From positions 264,091-328,090 of the forward strand of contig CBDBHA010000001.1 of assembly GCA_965205495.1 (NCBI GenBank): 64,000 nucleotides of DNA, in the 5' to 3' direction. Positions 32,545 to 41,926 of this stretch are shown piece after piece. The notes below the pieces were generated by a model. It ran no database searches. It was given only the letters and a program-made list of their open reading frames with translations, and was not told the origin of the DNA. This DNA is from Dehalococcoidia bacterium (GTDB lineage: Bacteria > Chloroflexota > Dehalococcoidia > Lucifugimonadales > UBA3495). The first letter of the stretch is position 1, and each line of letters opens with the position of its first letter. The position numbers were made by a program, and so were the translations under genes.

Positions 32545-35451
32545 ATGACCACAACAGCGGCCCGCCGGATGCAGGGACGGCAACGGGAAGAACTAGCTGA
32601 GGAAATCCGGCGGCGGGTTAGCGGGGAGGTGCGGTTCGACCCGTTTTCCAGAGTGCTGTACAGCACCGACGCCAGCATCTACCAGATGGAGCCGGTGGGG
32701 GTGGTGATACCCCGGGACGCCGAGGACATTTTGGCGGTGATGGAAGTGGCCCGGGACAATCAGGTGCCGGTGCTTCCCAGATCCGGCGGCACCAGTTTGG
32801 CGGGCCAGTCGGTCAACCATGCCATAGTCATGGACTTCAGCAAATATATGAACCAACTGCTGGAGGTGAATGAGGAGGAGGGGTGGGCCCGGGTGCAGCC
32901 GGGGATTGTGCTGGACCAGTTGAACCGGCAGTTATTGCCTTACAACCTGATGTACGCGCCGGACCCGACCACGGCCAACCGGGCCTGCGTGGGGGGCGGC
33001 ATCGGCAACAACACCTGCGGGGCGCATTCAGTCATCTATGGGAAGACGTTGGACCACGTTAAAGAGTTGAACGTGATTCTTTCCGACGCTTCACCGGCCC
33101 ACTTGCGGGAATTGGAAGGGCGGGAACTGGAGAATATTTTAGAGGGGAGTGGGCTGGAGTCGGACATCTACCGCAACGTTTTGCGGGTGGCGAGGGAGCA
33201 CATACCGGAGATTGAGGCGCGGTACCCGAAGATCATGCGCCGGGTGAGCGGGTACAACCTGGACGATTTCACGGGTTCCGGGCCGGTAAACCTGGCGCGG
33301 ATGGCGGTGGGGTCGGAAGGGACGCTGTGTGTGACCACCGAAGCCAAGGTAAACCTGGTGCCCCGTCCCTTGATGACCAGCCTGGCCGTGCTGCATTTCC
33401 GCGACCTGTTCGTGGCCTGCGAGGCCATCCCGGAAATCTTGAAGCATGATCCATCATCCATCGAGATTTTGGACCGGATGGTGTTGGAGCGGTCCCGGGA
33501 GTCCTTCGGCCATTCCCAAAGCCTGTCCTTCCTGGAGGGAGAGCCCGGGTCCCTGCTGCTCACCGAGTTTTACGGCGAGTCGGAAGCGGAACTTACCGCC
33601 AAAATGGACGCGCTGCGGGCCGATATGTACAGCAAGCGGCTGGCCTACGCCTGCGTCAACCTGCTGGACCGGGGAGCCCAAGCGATGGTCTGGAACCTGC
33701 GGAAAGGCGGCCTGGGGCTGTTGATGAGCACGAAGGGCGACGCTAAGCCCATCCCCTTTGTTGAGGATACGGCGGTTGACCCGGACCGGTTGGGGCCGTT
33801 TATCCGCCAGTTTGATGAGATTGTCCGCAACCACGACACCGAAGCGGGGTACTACGGGCACGCCAGTGTTGGGTGTATGCACATCCGTCCGCTGGTCAGC
33901 CTGAAGAACGCCGAGGGCGTGAGCAAAATGGTGTCCATCGCTGACGAGATCAGCGACCTGGTGAAGGAGTTCGGCGGTTCGCTGAGCGGGGAGCACGGCG
34001 ACGGCATAGTCCGCGGCGTCTACACCGAGAAGATGTTTGGACCGGAGATGTACCAGGCGTTCCGGGAGGTCAAGAAGATCTTCGATCCCCAGGGGATTAT
34101 GAATCCCGGGAAGATTGTCGATTGTCCGCCGATGACGGAGAACCTGCGTTACGGCCCGCGATACAACGCCGCTTCGGTTTCGACCGTCCTGGATTTTTCT
34201 CCGGATGCCAACTACGCGGGGGCGGTGGAGATGTGCAACGGGATGGGGGCGTGCCGGAAGCTGGAGGGGTCCATGTGTCCCTCGTTCATGGCAACGCGGG
34301 ACGAGGAACATTCAACGCGAGGACGGGCCAACCTGCTGCGGGCGGCGTTGTCGGGGCGGCTTCCCGAAGGGAGTTTCACCAGCCGCCGGTTGTACGAGGC
34401 GTTGGACCTTTGCCTGGAATGCAAGGCCTGCAAGACGGAATGCGAGTCCGGGGTGGACATGGCCAAGCTGAAGTACGAGTTTCTGGACAAGTACCACCAG
34501 GCCAACAAGGCGCCGTTGCGGGCCAAGATTTTCGGGCACATCAACGCAATAAACAAGTTGGGCAGCCGGTTCGCGCCTTTTTCCAACTGGGCGGCGGCGA
34601 GTCCGGTGGGAAAATTGGTATCCAGCAGATTGGTGGGGATACACCCCAAGCGTCAAATGCCCCGGTTTGCGGGGCAGTCCTTTGAACAGTGGTTCCGGCG
34701 CAATCGTGGGGCGGGCCTGGCAGCGGGTAAGCGGGGGACGGTGGCGTTGTTCAACGACACTTTCATGAACTACAACCATCCGCAGGTTGGGATTGCGGCG
34801 GTGGAGTTGCTGGAGGCGGCGGGGTACAACGTAGAACTTGCCACCCAGGGTTGCTGCGGGCGTCCGTTGATTTCCAAGGGGTTCTTGGGAGAGGCGGTAG
34901 CGGCGGCGCGGGCGAATGTCGAGATGCTCTACGAGTTTGCCAAGGACGATATTCCAATAATTGGGTGCGAGCCGAGCTGTTTGCTGACCTTCCGGGACGA
35001 GTACCCGGAACTGGTTAAAGATGGGAAGGCGGTCAAGGTGGCGGAAAACAGCTTCTTGATCGACGAGTTCCTGGCGGCGCTGGCGGAACGGGGAGAGTTG
35101 GAGTTGAAGTGGGGCGGTCTGGAGAAGAAGGTACTGTTCCACGGGCATTGCCACCAGAAGTCGTTGGTTGGGACGGCGAGTTCGTTGCAGGTGCTGGGGC
35201 TGCCGCCCAATTACCAAGTTGAGCTAATCAACGCGGGTTGCTGCGGGATGGCGGGGTCGTTCGGGTTTGAAAAAGAGCACTACGACGTTTCCATGACCAT
35301 CGGCCAGCAGGCATTGTTTCCGGCCATTGAGGCCAAGGGGCCAGAGTGGGAGGTGGCGGTAATGGGAATCTCGTGCCGGCAACAGGTGGAGCACGGAACG
35401 GGAAGGCGGGCGCGGCACCTGGCGGAAGTTCTGCGGGACGCGCTGGCGTAG
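32545..35451 (+). CDS. FAD-linked oxidase fused to a 4Fe-4S/CCG (GlcD-GlcF-like) domain oxidoreductase
   Basis: 968 aa from MTTTAARR with a GGAG RBS. FAD-binding PCMH region (PRSGGTSLAGQS), 2x CxxCxxC ferredoxin motifs (CLECKACKTEC), C-terminal CCG repeats (GCCG, AGCCGMAGSFG). Confidence 0.85.
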   Translation: MTTTAARRMQGRQREELAEEIRRRVSGEVRFDPFSRVLYSTDASIYQMEPVGVVIPRDAEDILAVMEVARDNQVPVLPRSGGTSLAGQSVNHAIVMDFSKYMNQLLEVNEEEGWARVQPGIVLDQLNRQLLPYNLMYAPDPTTANRACVGGGIGNNTCGAHSVIYGKTLDHVKELNVILSDASPAHLRELEGRELENILEGSGLESDIYRNVLRVAREHIPEIEARYPKIMRRVSGYNLDDFTGSGPVNLARMAVGSEGTLCVTTEAKVNLVPRPLMTSLAVLHFRDLFVACEAIPEILKHDPSSIEILDRMVLERSRESFGHSQSLSFLEGEPGSLLLTEFYGESEAELTAKMDALRADMYSKRLAYACVNLLDRGAQAMVWNLRKGGLGLLMSTKGDAKPIPFVEDTAVDPDRLGPFIRQFDEIVRNHDTEAGYYGHASVGCMHIRPLVSLKNAEGVSKMVSIADEISDLVKEFGGSLSGEHGDGIVRGVYTEKMFGPEMYQAFREVKKIFDPQGIMNPGKIVDCPPMTENLRYGPRYNAASVSTVLDFSPDANYAGAVEMCNGMGACRKLEGSMCPSFMATRDEEHSTRGRANLLRAALSGRLPEGSFTSRRLYEALDLCLECKACKTECESGVDMAKLKYEFLDKYHQANKAPLRAKIFGHINAINKLGSRFAPFSNWAAASPVGKLVSSRLVGIHPKRQMPRFAGQSFEQWFRRNRGAGLAAGKRGTVALFNDTFMNYNHPQVGIAAVELLEAAGYNVELATQGCCGRPLISKGFLGEAVAAARANVEMLYEFAKDDIPIIGCEPSCLLTFRDEYPELVKDGKAVKVAENSFLIDEFLAALAERGELELKWGGLEKKVLFHGHCHQKSLVGTASSLQVLGLPPNYQVELINAGCCGMAGSFGFEKEHYDVSMTIGQQALFPAIEAKGPEWEVAVMGISCRQQVEHGTGRRARHLAEVLRDALA

Positions 35452-35462
35452 GCGCTTTCCAG

Positions 35463-36851
35463 TCATGGGCCGGGTGGGTCCATCCAGTGGACCGTGAACC
35501 CGTAATTACGGGCTAACACGGCAAAGTCGACGATGTTGATGTGCCCGTCGGAGTCACCGTCGCCGAAGGGGAGGGTCACCTGGGGAATGGTGAGAGTTTC
35601 TCCGGGGTTGATCAATACGCCGGGCATGACCACGGGGAGGAAACCGGGGGCGCGGACTTCCAAGTCCAGGGTGCCGGCGGGAATCATGCCGTGGAAAGAG
35701 CCGTCCGGGTTGGCGAAAAAGCGGAGGTCTCCGGCGGCGAGGTAAGCCCCCGAGCTGGAGGACTGGTAGTCGAGCAGGACCGTGCCACGGACTTCGCCGT
35801 TTTGGAAGGGGTCTTTCAAGGCGTTGGAGGTCCCGAAGGTGGCGTTGGCGACGAAGATTTTTAAAAGGGCGTTGCCGTTGGATTCGATGTTGGGTTGGGC
35901 CAAGCTTGATTGGGCGGTGACGGCGTGGCCGCTGATGAAGAGGGCGGTTACCGGGGAACGCTGGGTGGTGATTTGGTTTGCGGAGAGTCCTCCGAAATAG
36001 GTTGCGTCGGGAACTCCCTGATTATCTTCGCCGCCAATGGTAATCTGGGGCGGGCCAGCAATGGTGACGGGGGTGGTCATGGTTAAGGAGTCGTTGTCGG
36101 GGTTTTGGTCGTCAGCAAGGATCACCCTGGCGGTGAGGTAATGGTCGCCCGGGGCTGTTGATCCGGTGTCCCACTGGAGGCTGAGGGTAGTCGTTGCCCC
36201 AGGGTCTAGGGTCAATAGGTCACCGATGACGTATATTCCGGAGGATTCGAGACCTAGCCGATACTCGAAGGTCGCCACTTTCGAGCCGTGGTTAGCGATA
36301 GTTACGTTAATGAAGACGGTGGCCTCGGGTTCGACTTCGGTAGTGGGGCCGGTGATGTCGGTGACGGCGGCGTCCACGGTCTGGGGCGGGTAGGCAATGG
36401 TGACGGGGGTGGTCATGGTTAAGGAGTCGTTATCGGGGTTTTGGTCGCCGTACAGGAGTACCTTAGCGGTTAGGTAATGGTCGCCCGGGAGTGTTGTTCC
36501 GGTGTTCCACTGGAGGGTTATTGTAGTGGCCGCTCCTGGCTTCAAGGTTGCCCCTCCGCCGTTAACGGGCGGACCAGGAAAAGTTAGGAAAAGGCCGATT
36601 TGACAGGTCTTGGTTTCAGTGCCCAGGTTGGCGATGGTTACGTCGATGAAGACGGCGTCCCCGGGTTCGACTTCGGTGGTGGGGCCGGTGATGTCGGTAA
36701 CGGCCGCGTCCACGGTGATTGAGGCAGCTTGGTTGGGGTGGTGGACGGCGTTAAGGGTCTGGGGCAGGTAGATTGCGCTTTCTGCCGGGGCGGGGGTTAG
36801 CGCGAAAGAGACGGTCAAGGCCGCCGTGCCCAAGTACCCCAACCACTTCAC
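35463..36851 (-). CDS. Secreted protein with duplicated CARDB-like modules and a dockerin-like Ca-binding C-terminus
   Basis: Signal peptide MKWLGYLGTAALTVSFALTPAPAES. An internal repeat of about 115 aa (VDAAVTDITGPTTEVEP..TIAN..GDHYLTA.V.L..DQNPDNDSLTMTTPVTIA) occurs twice. C-terminal GDGDSDGHINIVDFAVLARNYG. Confidence 0.65.
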   Translation of the reverse strand: MKWLGYLGTAALTVSFALTPAPAESAIYLPQTLNAVHHPNQAASITVDAAVTDITGPTTEVEPGDAVFIDVTIANLGTETKTCQIGLFLTFPGPPVNGGGATLKPGAATTITLQWNTGTTLPGDHYLTAKVLLYGDQNPDNDSLTMTTPVTIAYPPQTVDAAVTDITGPTTEVEPEATVFINVTIANHGSKVATFEYRLGLESSGIYVIGDLLTLDPGATTTLSLQWDTGSTAPGDHYLTARVILADDQNPDNDSLTMTTPVTIAGPPQITIGGEDNQGVPDATYFGGLSANQITTQRSPVTALFISGHAVTAQSSLAQPNIESNGNALLKIFVANATFGTSNALKDPFQNGEVRGTVLLDYQSSSSGAYLAAGDLRFFANPDGSFHGMIPAGTLDLEVRAPGFLPVVMPGVLINPGETLTIPQVTLPFGDGDSDGHINIVDFAVLARNYGFTVHWMDPPGP

Positions 36852-36889
36852 ACCTATCCTCCCACCTGTAACGAGTGTCCGGCCCGCTG

Positions 36890-37852
36890 TTACCGGTCCG
36901 GGGTGTAGACCAGCATCACCATGGCGCCGGAAGCGCCGATGTTGTGCCCGTAGTGTTCCAAATTCATGGAGTGGGCGGTGCGCTGATTAAAGGACGACAA
37001 TTCGGCGCGGGTGTGGTTCCAACCCGGGCCGCAACGGTCGTCGTTCACATCGCCGTCGTCCAGGTCCACCCGGGTGCAGGACCCGCTGTCCTCGGTGGTC
37101 CAGGAGGATACGGAGACCTCGTCGACGGTGAAGGATTCGGGGACTGCGAAAGAAACGACCTCGGTGCCGACTAAGCCGCGCGCGGAGGCCATCATCAAGA
37201 AGTTGGTGGCGAGGGGGAACTCCCAGTGGTAATAACCCAAAGTTTCCGTTTGGGGAGTGACCGGGTCTTGGCGGAGAGTTCCTTGGACCACCGCGTTGAT
37301 GGCGTCCAAGAGGACGGTGTGGCTAACGTCGGTTAACTCGGGTTCATTAGTATCCAAGTCTTTGGCCTGCCAGGCTTGGGAAGAGGGGGTGCCTCTGGGG
37401 AAATAGGCCACCACCCAACCCTGGACATCGTAATAGAGGTTGACCTGGGTGGTTAGGCCGGCGATGTTGTCAATGAAAAGGGAGGTTACGGAATGGGAGC
37501 CGCCGGTGTCCTGCAGGGCGGGAGTGCCGGAGACCAGAGAGCTTTCCAAGGAGGCGCCGTGAAGGGCCTGGTCAACCAGGTCCTTGTCCAGTCCAAAATC
37601 GTTTTGGACGGTTGGGACGCGGTAATAGGCGGAAAAGCCGGCGTTGCCGCTGGGGAAGGCGTTGCTGGTGGACTGGAGGGCTTGGCGGGCTTCGGCGGTC
37701 AACGCGAGCGCGAACCGAGGGGGGCCGTTTTCTTGATGGAGGTCGGCGACGGTTTGAGGGTTGAAGAAGAGGGCCAAGAGCGCGGCCCCGAGGGTTACGG
37801 CGGCTAATAAAGCCAACTTGCCAACCGGGTTGCGTCCGGAGATAATCCGCAT
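36890..37852 (-). CDS. Hypothetical secreted protein
   Basis: 320 aa from MRIISGRNPVGKLALLAAVTLGAALLALF. No family recognised. Confidence 0.5.
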   Translation of the reverse strand: MRIISGRNPVGKLALLAAVTLGAALLALFFNPQTVADLHQENGPPRFALALTAEARQALQSTSNAFPSGNAGFSAYYRVPTVQNDFGLDKDLVDQALHGASLESSLVSGTPALQDTGGSHSVTSLFIDNIAGLTTQVNLYYDVQGWVVAYFPRGTPSSQAWQAKDLDTNEPELTDVSHTVLLDAINAVVQGTLRQDPVTPQTETLGYYHWEFPLATNFLMMASARGLVGTEVVSFAVPESFTVDEVSVSSWTTEDSGSCTRVDLDDGDVNDDRCGPGWNHTRAELSSFNQRTAHSMNLEHYGHNIGASGAMVMLVYTPDR

Positions 37853-38139
37853 CCCATCACACCCCACACGATGCTTGCGAGGCCCCACGCCTCACCACCC
37901 GGAATGTAAAACGATTGGCGGGAGTTGTCAAGGGGCGTTTGTAAATTGGCGGGGCAATTATCGGATTAACAAACCTACCCCTTGACGAGATTATAGCAGG
38001 GCTACGGTCATTCGGAATATAGGGTAGTCAATTCATCGAGTCTTGGGCAGGACGGGCATTCGTGCCCCCTTGTCGGCTCGATGGTGGATCCGGGTGACCG
38101 TAGCAAGTGCCTGTATCCTGCACCACAAGGGGGTTCCTC

Positions 38140-38898
38140 ATGGCAATTGCTGGTATGGTCCTGGGCATCGTGGCGATTATCTTCGCGTTTGTCCCAGTAG
38201 TGGGTGCGTTTATATCCTTTCCCTGCATCGGGGTTGGATTGCCGCTCGCCATCGTGGGTTTCTTGAGGAATCGCAAAGCCGGACTGGGAACAGGAATGGC
38301 TATCGCCGGGATTGCTACAAATGCTGTTGCACTGCTTATCGTCATTATCTGGTTGGCGGCTGTTGGAGCTGCGTTGAGCGAATTTAGTGATGAGATCGAC
38401 ACAGGGAATGGTGGGAACTTCGGGACCGGCGGCATTGCAGTTCCGGCTTTTGGTGGTATTGACCGGAGCGTTAAAGACAACGTAGGGATGATGGGGCCAC
38501 GTCCCACTGATGGGGAGATTCAGCGCGCTTGCCAAGCCCTACGCCGCGCAGAGTGGGATTTTATGTCCCTGGGAATGAGCACTGATGCTCGGTCTTTGAT
38601 GATAGCGGCATCCATCACACATTTGCATCCGGAGACCGGCTTGTGGACTATTGCGATAGTAAATAACGACACGGTCTGTAAGTGCTCAGGGTTAAGGAGT
38701 CATTCCGTTCCCCTGCCGTCATTCCCGCGAAAGCGGGAATCCAGAAATGGCGAGGATAAGCAACCTTGTCTTCTGCAAAGGGGCTCTGGATTCCGGCTCA
38801 AAGCCTTCCCCGTACCCGATACGGGGGCCGGAATGACGGTTCGGCCGCGGGAACGGCTCATCAAGTCTGAACTGTTACCACGGTCTGACGATAATTGA
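38140..38898 (+). CDS. DUF4190-like small membrane protein; C-terminus replaced and extended by a MITE insertion
   Basis: MAIAGMVLGIVAIIFAFVPVVG..LAIVGFLRNRKAG..GMAIAGIATNAVALLIVII. The last 73 codons are encoded by the MITE at 38678-38887 plus its flank. Confidence 0.6.
   Translation: MAIAGMVLGIVAIIFAFVPVVGAFISFPCIGVGLPLAIVGFLRNRKAGLGTGMAIAGIATNAVALLIVIIWLAAVGAALSEFSDEIDTGNGGNFGTGGIAVPAFGGIDRSVKDNVGMMGPRPTDGEIQRACQALRRAEWDFMSLGMSTDARSLMIAASITHLHPETGLWTIAIVNNDTVCKCSGLRSHSVPLPSFPRKRESRNGEDKQPCLLQRGSGFRLKAFPVPDTGAGMTVRPRERLIKSELLPRSDDN
38678..38887. mobile_element. MITE, family A, 210 bp, with perfect 8-bp TSD cacggtct
   Basis: TIRs gtaagtgctcaggg.. and ..caagtctgaactgttac. TSD at 38670-38677 and 38888-38895. 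Confidence 0.85.
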
Positions 38899-39048
38899 TA
38901 TTCCCCATCAAGGCGGGATATGATAGTGTCGTTGCCCACAATTTGGGCAGAAACATTAGGCAATAGCACAAGGCAAGCAGGGAGGGGAATACCAGCGGGA
39001 GGAGCCGGAGTCCCGCTCGTAATTTACGCGATAAACAGCAGGTGGAGT

Positions 39049-39345
39049 ATGCTGAAAAAGCCTTTGGACCCGATTGCCAACTCGGAAGACTTGGCGACTA
39101 TTGGCGTTTATCTGGATCAGTTCAAGAAGGACACGATGTTCCTGAACGACCATCGGCTTGACTGGACCGAGCAATACCCCGACCAGTGGGTGGTGGTATT
39201 TGGGGAGGAACTTGTGGCGAGAGGGGGGACGGTTGAATCCGCCCTGTGTGCTGCTGAGGAGAAAGATGTCCCCATTCACCTCGCCGCGCTGGAGTACCTG
39301 TCGGGCGAACCCGTCGCCATGATTCTACTTGGGGTTGCTTGTTGA
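39049..39345 (+). CDS. Small DUF5678-like protein (antitoxin-like partner)
   Basis: 98 aa. GGTGGAG RBS. ..YPDQWVVVFGEELVARGGTVESAL.. pattern. Its stop overlaps the start of the next gene. Confidence 0.5.
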   Translation: MLKKPLDPIANSEDLATIGVYLDQFKKDTMFLNDHRLDWTEQYPDQWVVVFGEELVARGGTVESALCAAEEKDVPIHLAALEYLSGEPVAMILLGVAC

Positions 39346-39812
39346 TCCAAGGATATTACGCTGCCCTGCCAGGACTACGCCCGCCCGCACCTTACGTGCG
39401 GGCTTTTGTTGCGTTGCCTGGAGTACGGTTGGGAGGGAACATTGATTTCCTGATTGACACAGGTGCGGACGTTACGTGCCTGCACCCTGGAGATATTGCC
39501 GCCCTTGGGGTGGACGCCAGCATCTTTGATCCTAATACCAGGGTGCAGCACTCGGGAGTGGGGGGAGGTCTGTATTACTATTCCATAGAATCCGCGTTGG
39601 TCTTTGGAGAAGCCGGCGACTGGGTCGTCTGGGCCAACCGGATCAATGTCTGTGATATATGGACCGAGCCCCTCGACCCACTCATCATTCAGCTACCTTC
39701 CTTGATCGGCAGAAACTTCCTGAACCTGTGTGACGTTCGAGCCGATCCCTCCAACAATATTCTTCTCATAGATCCACACCCGCAGGTGGGGTTGATCTTT
39801 CCGGGCAAATAG
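39339..39812 (+). CDS. Retropepsin-like (clan AA) aspartic protease
   Basis: 157 aa. FLIDTGADVTCL (D-T-G-A active-site motif) and C-terminal LIGRNFL. TTG start overlaps the upstream stop. Confidence 0.65.
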   Translation: MLIQGYYAALPGLRPPAPYVRAFVALPGVRLGGNIDFLIDTGADVTCLHPGDIAALGVDASIFDPNTRVQHSGVGGGLYYYSIESALVFGEAGDWVVWANRINVCDIWTEPLDPLIIQLPSLIGRNFLNLCDVRADPSNNILLIDPHPQVGLIFPGK

Positions 39813-40099
39813 CACCGTATAATCCTCTAACCTTTTGCAGAATGGAAGCAGTCATGGCAGGGAGTGACCAGCCGGTAAAGATAAACATTACCTTCCCGGA
39901 AGCCATCCGCTTCTTTGCCAACTTCAAGCCTAAGAGTAAGGATTCTCCTGCTGGGGAGTCTTGCACTACCAAGTCAGCCGGCCCTGAGTCTGACGCACCA
40001 GCTCCGCAAACCGCTCCCCGTCGGTGACCTGCCGGCGGTTGGCCCGGAGTCAAACTCCCGCAGGAACATCCCCAGGTGTTCATCGCTGACGTGGTGGTT

Positions 40100-40212
40100 C
40101 GTGGTTCGACAAGCTCACCATGATGGCTTAGGATGATCATTTGACGGGTTCAGGATGAATTTTTGACGGGCTCAGGGCGATCCTTTGACGGGGCTAAGGA
40201 TGAGTGGGCTGG
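40100..40212. repeat. Cluster of ttcgacaagctcaccatga / tgacgggctcagggcga repeat units
   Basis: ttcgacaagctcaccatgatgg, ttgacgggttcaggatgaat, ttgacgggctcagggcgatc, ttgacggggctaaggatgagtgg. Confidence 0.75.
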
Positions 40213-40398
40213 AAGCGGCATTTGGGGAGAATGGAATGGTACTGGGTCAATTGAATAGGGTTTTTCGATTCCCCAGGTAGAGGCCGGTTGGAGTTGGAGG
40301 GCTGGCTGGCATCTCCAGGGTAATTGACGCGGGGGATGGAATGGAGGGTTGGGGATTGGGAGACAATTGAATTCCCCCGGTTAGGTGAAGGGGAAACG

Positions 40399-41814
40399 TC
40401 AGGAAGTTGGGGGGCGGTGTTGAATCCAGGGGTGGGCCTGCTCGAAGGCGGCGGAAGCCTGTAAGACCTGGGCCTCGGAGCCCTTGGGCCCAACGATGTG
40501 CAGGCCGATGGGCATACCGTCGGAGGAGAAGCCGCAGGGAACGCTGGAAGCCGTTTGGCCGGTCATGTTGATTGGGAAGGTGAAGGGGAGGTAGCCCCAG
40601 AAGGGGTTGACTTCCTTGCCGCCGATGACGGAAGGGCGCTGGCCGATGGGGAAGGCGGGGACGGCCATGGTGGGGGTGAGCAGGAGGTCGTAGTCGTCGA
40701 AGAAAAGCTCCAGCTGGCGGCGGAGTTGGTCGACACGAAGGAGGGCGCGGGAAAAGTCGGCGGCGGTGAGGGTGGCGGCGTACTCAAGAGTGCTGCGGAC
40801 GTAGTGGGTCAGTTCGCTGGAGTTTTGCTCCAGCAACTGGCTATATGAGGTGTAGGTGCCGGTGGCGAAGATGTCGAAGAAAGCTGGGAAGGGGTCTTCC
40901 AGAGTGAGGTTGGTCTCCTCGACAGAGGCGCCGAGTTCGGTGAAGACCTGAGCGGCTTGAGAAGTGACCTGGACCACTTCCGGGTCCACGCCGGCGTAGC
41001 CGAGGTCGCTGCTCCAGGCGATGCGCCAGCCCTGGACGCCGTTGTTCAGGTTGGCCGAGTAGTCGTCGGGGGTTTCCCGCAGGGAGGTGACGTCCCGGGG
41101 ATCGTGACCGGCCAAGACCTGGAGCAGGAGGGCGGTGTCGGCGACGGTGCGGGACATGGGGCCGGACTGGGAGAACTGGTTGGAGGCGGGTTGGCCGTAA
41201 CCGCCGTAGCGGGGGACGCGGCCCTGGGAGGGCTTGATGCCAAAAACGCCGCTGAAACTGGCGGGGATGCGGATGGAGCCGCCGCCGTCGCTGCCGGTGG
41301 CCAGGGTGCAGAGACCGGCAACCAGGGCGGCGCCGGCCCCGCCGCTGGAGCCGCCGGGAGTGCGTTCGGTGTTCCAGGGGTTGCGGCAGGGTTCGCCAAG
41401 CTCGTTTTCGGTGGTGCCGGACTGACCGAACTCGGGGGTGTTGGTCTTGCCCAGGATGATGGCCCCGGCCCGGCGGACCCGTTCCACCACGGCGGAGTCG
41501 ATGTCGGGGACGCGGTCTTTGAAGACGGCGGAACCCATGGTGGACCGGAGGCCGCGGGTTAGCTCCAGGTCTTTGATGGAGATGGGGATGCCGTGCAGGG
41601 GGCCGACGGGTTGACCCTGGTTGACGGCATCCTGGGCCTGGCGGGCCTGTTGGAGGGCGTCGTCTTGGCAGAGGGTTAGGTAGGCGTTGAGTTGCGGGTC
41701 GAGGTCCTCGATTCGCTGGTAGAATAGTTCGGTCAGCTCGACGATAGAGACTTCCTTGGCGTCGATGAGTTGGCGGAGGTTGGTGGCGGAAGCGAAAGCC
41801 AGTTCGTTGTCCAT
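40399..41814 (-). CDS. Amidase-signature family amidase
   Basis: 471 aa. [11 protein letters not shown] and GSDGGGSIRIPA signature. Confidence 0.85.
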   Translation of the reverse strand: MDNELAFASATNLRQLIDAKEVSIVELTELFYQRIEDLDPQLNAYLTLCQDDALQQARQAQDAVNQGQPVGPLHGIPISIKDLELTRGLRSTMGSAVFKDRVPDIDSAVVERVRRAGAIILGKTNTPEFGQSGTTENELGEPCRNPWNTERTPGGSSGGAGAALVAGLCTLATGSDGGGSIRIPASFSGVFGIKPSQGRVPRYGGYGQPASNQFSQSGPMSRTVADTALLLQVLAGHDPRDVTSLRETPDDYSANLNNGVQGWRIAWSSDLGYAGVDPEVVQVTSQAAQVFTELGASVEETNLTLEDPFPAFFDIFATGTYTSYSQLLEQNSSELTHYVRSTLEYAATLTAADFSRALLRVDQLRRQLELFFDDYDLLLTPTMAVPAFPIGQRPSVIGGKEVNPFWGYLPFTFPINMTGQTASSVPCGFSSDGMPIGLHIVGPKGSEAQVLQASAAFEQAHPWIQHRPPTS

Positions 41815-41926
41815 GAGGCAATCTCCGGTTGGTCTGGGGTGGATTGCAGGTTGGCGACAGTATAAGGTTTAAGCCGCGTCAGGGGAATTATTGGCATTGG
41901 CGCGGCCTGGATAGGGAGGGCTAATC

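Noticed and set aside
35463-36851. Diversity-generating retroelement (template/variable repeat pair) in the CARDB-like gene
   Set aside because: The two similar DNA blocks are both inside the coding region as a tandem domain duplication. The differences I spot-checked are not confined to adenines, and there is no reverse transcriptase gene nearby.
39842-40027. 61-aa ORF (MEAVMAGSDQPVKINITFPEAIRFF..) downstream of the retropepsin gene
   Set aside because: It has no RBS and no recognisable motif, and the opposite strand shows broken reading frames (..QVTDGERFAELVRQTQGRLTW*). The region looks like gene debris, and I cannot support a call in either direction.
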